DNA from: Pocillopora damicornis
Taxonomy: Eukaryota
DNA length: 64,000 bases
Reading direction: 5' to 3'
NCBI RefSeq assembly: GCF_003704095.1
Contig: NW_020843495.1
Span: 62,001-126,000, forward strand
Shown here: one piece after another, positions 51,819 through 64,000 of the stretch
Position numbering within the stretch: position 1 is the first letter of the stretch
Layout of the letters: the number at the start of each line of letters is the position of its first letter
Notes under the pieces: model-generated
Told to the model about the DNA's origin: nothing
Seen by the model: the letters and a program-made list of their open reading frames with translations, nothing else
The model's database searches: none
Program-made: the position numbers and the translations under genes

Positions 51819-54800
51819 ATGAATCGAAGGTTATGGTGTGTGATTACTGTACTTTCTGTCGTTGCTCTTGTATTTGTAATGTCAACGAATTATAAGGACT
51901 TACTTGTCAGAAAACTAGGGGGAAGGAAAGGTATGTTCAAGCCGACTGTCTTAAAATGACTCACCTCTTCATCAAACAACTTTGCATTTAGAGAAATAAT
52001 TTAAGTGGAATGATCTACAGGAAGTCAGTCAAGCACCCACCATTCCTTATAGTAATATTAGTAACTTATTTATGCCTTGTCACTGCATATCCAAAGATGA
52101 AATTATGACTGATGCCGGCTCTTTTACACTTCAGAAAAAATTCGATTGGCTTCTTTCTTTCATCGTGGGGACGATATCTCCCATGTTTTATCAAGAACTA
52201 GATTTTAATGGATTTTAACTGTCATTGCCATATTATACTACCCGGTTTTCCTCCTCGTCACTAGTGATTGACTCAAAATCTTTACGGCAAGGAGCCATGT
52301 GCGATTTCTCACGTTCATTTTAGATGGGAATTATTAACTAAGAACAGAGAGTAACGCAAGTCTTTTCTAGTTGTATTATGATATTCCCAGGATAGTCTTG
52401 ATTTGATTTTAATTGTTGTTTATTCATTTCCGACGTTCTTCGATCTGGGTTTGGTCGGGTTACTGATTTTTCTCTCCTGGTCTTTCACAAATGATTGTTG
52501 TTGCTCTCGCGTAGCGTTGCGAGAAAAAAAAAACAAACAAAGAACAATGTAGCTGAAAGGTTGAGAAAATCCCTTAGTCGGTTTACGACAAATTCTTATC
52601 TATTCATAAAAAAATTGTCAGGTGTAGATGTTTGATTGATAAGATAATAGTCTTGATCTTTCTGTGGACAGATTCTGCATTAAAAAGGATAAAGTGCGTA
52701 AGATTCAGGCAAATCAGCGATTACCCGTAAGCTCATTATCAGATACCTTCCTTCTTCATCTAAGTATGTTCAGGAAAGGTTCCGTGGCAAGGTCCACTGC
52801 ACCTTAAGTACACACCAAACAAACAATTACTACAATGTGCATCTTGATGGAACTAAATCTCTGATTGGCTACCCGAGCGGACAAGATGAGCCCTTCTTTC
52901 CTGTTCGGAATTGCCCGCTTTGATCCCGCGCAAAGAAGTAAGAAAATTCCGTAGAGCTGACTAACAAATTGTCACACAATGTCTGCCATAGACTCGCAAA
53001 AAGCTGGAGAAGACAGTCAAAACAAAGAAAAATAGCTGAACAAGTTTCGTGATAAGTGTTCATTTATTGCTCAGCACTCAGAACTAATCAAGTTATTCTA
53101 AACGAAATATTTTTGCAATGTGACAAATCCTTCATTGAGCAAGCTTGTTTTGTCAAGAAGGCTGGATGTTAACCTCATTCTTTGTTTTGCGTTTTCACGG
53201 ACCTCAATTACACCTCGGCCAATATGCAGCCCTCTTGACCTCACAGTTTGTCCTACATAGCGCATACAACTTTTATTGAGCTGTTTCGAGCGACGTTGTC
53301 GGAAAAAAGCGTAAAAGAGCGCGCAACAACCCCGAAAGGTATTGTATATAGTTTTCTGGTCACGGTTCTTTGACTTCAAAATTTCAGGAAAATGTAAGGA
53401 AACATCACTGTAAGGACCAAGCATCGTGGGTTTGTTGCATTTATTTATTTATTTGACTTATCCAAGTTCATTGATTCTCAGATACCCAGATTACCTTTCG
53501 AGATTGTCGCGTGCAGTTCTGTCGTTTTTCCTACAACCTTTCTCGAAACAGCTGTATGTCGGATATCACTTTATCGTATCCAGCTGTTGAGGTCGATGCT
53601 GTTATGTCTCCCTACTGTCTCACTGTATGTATAACTAAATACAAACATGTACCAATTAGAGCGATAGGAAACCTTATAGTCATGGTGTATTCCACGCATC
53701 TAAATTATTTAGCCGTACTTTATAGTTCCTATTGAACATAAAATCGCAACCGGTGGTTTCTACAACAGAAACAAAGAAATACACAGAAGGCTTAGGTAGA
53801 TAACAAGGGTAGTGTGAACAAAAGGTAGTAAACAACGATACCAAAGACAAACTGTTAGCATGAAGGTAGCATGACAGCATGAAGGTACCTGACAGTTTAG
53901 ATACATGAAGTAAGCAACAAGCGAAACTGGTAGGATTACAATTTCTAATCTTAATTAATTTTCGCGCTACAGAATATTTAACCGAGATGAAGCTGGTGCT
54001 CAGTGCTTGAACGGCTGTAACGTTAAACATTTGTTGCAACATCCAGGCGTAAGTGACTTAACACAAATGTAAATTTTCTTGTTCCTCAAGGCTTACGCCG
54101 AATACGACAATATGGGATCAGAAATGAGGATAAACTTAATCGTGAACTGTATGACGGTGTGGAAAGTTTTCTAATGTTCATCGGCTATCCTCGCAGTGGC
54201 CACACCCTGGTCAGCTCCTTGTTAGACGCTCATCCTAACGCCTTGGTTGCAAATGAGTTTGATGTAATTGGTGAATGGCAAAAGTGGACTAAAACCAACA
54301 GAAACAAGTATTACCTATTTGACCAGCTGTACCTGAACTCTAAAATGGAAGCTGATACCGGTTACCGATCGGCCACGGTCCCACATCGGTTCAATTATTC
54401 AGTGCCAGGCCAATGGCAGGGAACATTTAATCAGAAGATTTTGGTGAGTTCCAGTTACCTCGTCCCTATGCATTCCTTCTCTAGAGCCTGGGTGCAAGTC
54501 AATCATTGATTAATGGCGCCGGCCGGGGGAGCAATTGACTTCTTAGAATCCCCTCATATGGGTCGTGAGTGCTATACGTTTTGATACGGAAGTTTTTTCT
54601 TTTGAAGACCATGGTACATTGGATTGTACGTAATGATATAATTTTATTTTTTTAATATCATTGACTTATTATTTGCCAAAATTTGCTTGAATCTGCTTCA
54701 GCGCCGTATGTCTCTGTTTCCCCAAAGAATAATGTTGCAGTTCCTTGTCATAAGTGTAAAGATCTAAATGTCGTGGCTGTCTATGAAAAGCTTATTGGTG

Positions 54801-55908
54801 ATAAGATAGTTAACTGTATTCAATTCCTTACAGTGATAATTGCTTCCATTAACGAATAGGTAATGGGAGCTAAGAAGGGTGGTCATACAACCAGACGGCT
54901 TATGAAACGAGAGAACCTGAAAGTACTAAAAGAAATTCACCAAGTTCTCAAACTCCCGATGAAGTTTCTTCATGTCATCCGAAATCCTTACGACAACATT
55001 GCAACCATGATGCTAAGAGATCTGAAAAAGAGACCGGACGCCGGAGAGAAGGTGATAAAATTATTTGACCGTGGGCTTCTAACTTACCTTATATTTAACT
55101 GTAAAGTGTTAATAAGTTCTTGCTGAAATAAAAACAAGCCACAAGCAACTCGGGAAGTATGCAGGGAAGTTAAATTCTGGTCCAGACAGTGATTCATTTA
55201 ACCACTTCTATATTGTTTCTGTAATTTTGTTTACGCCAAATTGTTTGTTTATCTTTCTTTCTGATCAAATACGTCGAGGATGAGGGTCACTTATAGTAAC
55301 CTCTTAGCTTGAAATCCTCAAAATGATCGATTCCTTAAACTGTACAATGGTAAAACGCTTGTTCCCAACTGATTCTGAATTCAATGAACTGTTCATCTTT
55401 TCTTATCTTCGTATATTTGAGAGATAAGCTCTCGGACGTCAGCAGTTGCATTTCTACCTCGTTTTTCATATTTAGGGTCCCTTTTGCCCGCTTTCACTTA
55501 ACTATTGTAATCACTATCTAAGATACTCATGTTGAATTTCAAACGTAACATATGAATTGTTCCTACATTCGATTTCAGATCAATGATACCGATAATTTGG
55601 ATAAACAAATAGCAAAATATATGGCTTTGGCGGAAAAAAACAATCAACTAAAGAAAGTTCTCCCTGGGGAAGTTCATGAGATCCACAGTTCAGAGCTGAT
55701 CAAAGAACCAAAGAAAATTCTGCTGGGAATTTGTCACTTTTTACACCTCACTTGTTATCAGAAATATATCGAGGATTGTTCTAAGAGAATATATCCAGAG
55801 GCCAGTAAAACGCGTCACAATGTGATTTGGACAGATCAGCAAAAGGAAATGGTTAGAAAAGAACTGCAAAGATTTCAATCCACAAGAGGCTATGATTTTG
55901 ACGATTGA
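51819..55908 (+). CDS. Type II membrane (Golgi-type) PAPS-dependent sulfotransferase family protein
   Basis: Exons 51819-51930 (MNRRLWCVITVLSVVALVFVMS signal-anchor), 54091-54443, 54860-55051, 55579-55908, phase-consistent; 5'-PSB FIGYPRSGHTL, LDAHPN, 3'-PB HVIRNPYDNIAT. Extra stem exons possible. Confidence 0.88.
52855..53250. repeat. Interspersed repeat, inverted relative to 38420-38885
   Basis: ctgattggctac...caagcttgtt..gtcaaga.ggctg...tcttgacctca. Confidence 0.7.
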
Positions 55909-57424
55909 ATTTTCTTCTAAGGCCTTTACTAGGTAGAATTAGTGAAAAATGTGGTTTTAAATTTTAAGCGATAGAGATCAAAATCTCGTTGTTCTTGTTC
56001 TAATGGACAGTCAACACCATCTCATTCCCTTTAAAAGTTTATCGAAAAAGAGATCAGGGACCGTTCGCTTCCGTGGGGGTAGGAAGAGGGTTTTGGGGGG
56101 GATAACGTGGTTTGAAAGGGAAACGAAGGAGGAATTGGTTGTCGTTAACAGAGTTTAAAGGGGGGGGGGATGGGGCTATAGAAAATTGACTGCCAATTAA
56201 CTTTCCTAGCAATAAATAATGACTGATTACTAATACCAAGATTTACATTGGAGTGTTTCAGCATAATTGTAAATAGGACTTAGCTAAGTGTTGGTCCTAC
56301 GCGTTACTCATTTGTGTGGCATTCATTGTTATCAGTTTTCTTTACCTAGCTTAACCGTGAATGTATTCGGTTTTTCATGTATTTTATGTGTATTTATCGA
56401 TAAAAGATTACTTCACATTTTTAAACGTCGTTCTTTCTTACGAAACAGCATCCACAGGATTTGGTCGACCATCCAACCAAAGAAAATTGACCACAATGGA
56501 CAAATTTTAAAATATTTGTTCCACATGAGAACAACTCTCCGTGCCTCAATGATGCGTGACCTTCTTCCCCTATCCCAGATTTGTGCATGATAGCATGACA
56601 CACTGTGCAAAGGTGATCTGGAGGGTTCCGTTGATCTGCGATGATGGCTGTCGTTAGTGGAAAAGACCTTGGTTAAAGTGAATCGAAGATAGCAGTCATT
56701 ATTCCGCCCTAATGAAGAACTTATAGGCACTTTTCACAAAGAGGCAGGCAACATCGCGGGACAAACTGCCAAGTTATTTACGCATAACTTTTTTTATTTA
56801 AATGAATGCATCTATTCATAACATCACGACGGTAATATGGGGTCCAGTGCCAGACCCTTCCTCACGGGCGAAGAAACATACGAGCCGTATTGCCAATAAT
56901 TAGGTCCTGCTGGCGGGGTTGTCCTGAGGTTGTTGGGGAAGGGAGAGGAGGCTGGGCAAGTGTAAGGGTGGTACCTTACACAGTCGATATTCTTAAGTGG
57001 TTGGGAAAGCGGAGCGCCTTGTGATGTAGAATTAATTGTACGAAGAAACAACAGAAGTAGATCACTCCCATGGACGATTTGCTTTAGCCAACGGCATTCG
57101 GTGGCCCTTGCTCTGAAAGGTTTACCTGAGAGGACCCCTACATGTTACCGCAAATTACACGGAAAAATTAACAGATTGCTTTTGCCTGGCGAAACGGAAA
57201 AAGCTAAGAAGGAGGGGCTGCTTGTAGTCTACTTATAAGTGCACAACGAATTAAGCTGTTCCCATTTGATCCTAGGTTGATTCCCAGTCTGGCTTTCCGG
57301 AGAAAGCAAGAGGCGGCTCAGCTGTTAGCCCTTGTCGATCTGCAAAAAGACAGGAAATCCTGGTCGCAGGTCGATTCGGATGGATACTACACTCTGCTGT
57401 ACGAATCTACAGTTATGAATGTAG

Positions 57425-57430
57425 TTTATT
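57425..57430 (-). terminator. Candidate polyadenylation signal for ATP5F1A
   Basis: AATAAA on the minus strand 160 nt after the stop. Confidence 0.6.
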
Positions 57431-57589
57431 AACAAAGCACTGTTAACACGACGCAGCATGTATCTTGTCTCCAGTTCAGTTTCTTTTTATTTTCCTAGCA
57501 CCGCCAAAACAACTGGCAAGTTGATTTCGTAAAAGGACACATTTAACACAAGCTGCGGTTGAAAAAAATATTAACACTTTTAAGAAAAA

Positions 57590-63897
<6,308 letters not shown>

Positions 63898-64000
63898 GAT
63901 TGCAAAGACTATTTTCCGGCAAATGTCCACGCTGCTACCTCTGCCAGAGAGAAGTATATCAGACCACGTGACCTTCTAGTGGGGCGAACAAAGGGCAACC

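Noticed and set aside
52672-54048. Candidate stem exons of the sulfotransferase (~52672-52726, ~53728-53795, ~53973-54048)
   Set aside because: I could not build a phase-consistent chain, and exon 1 joins 54091 directly.
56288-57051. Several 60-105 aa ORFs between convergent genes
   Set aside because: No motifs; probably UTR or intergenic sequence.

Overview
Eukaryotic, AT-rich, intron-containing animal DNA. The gene set and repeat families suggest a stony coral (inference). Hand-assembled, phase-consistent exon chains give six genes: (1) 5' part of an unrecognised multi-exon gene (- strand, runs off the left edge); (2) a RAF/KSR-family pseudokinase with C1 domain and degenerate catalytic motifs, best matching the KSR3 subfamily (-); (3) sorting nexin 27, PDZ-PX-FERM (-), whose last exon encodes an SNX17-type C-terminal motif (...IEDEDL*); (4) CRTC/TORC CREB coactivator (+), head-to-head with SNX27 and carrying a U12-type AT-AC intron; (5) a type II membrane sulfotransferase (+); (6) mitochondrial ATP synthase alpha, ATP5F1A (-). 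Non-coding DNA holds piggyBac-like and P-like MITEs, tRNA-derived SINEs, Penelope-like remnants with hammerhead ribozyme cores, a decayed rearranged transposase and a displaced copy of an ATP5F1A exon. All gene models are from sequence reading only, with no transcript or database support.
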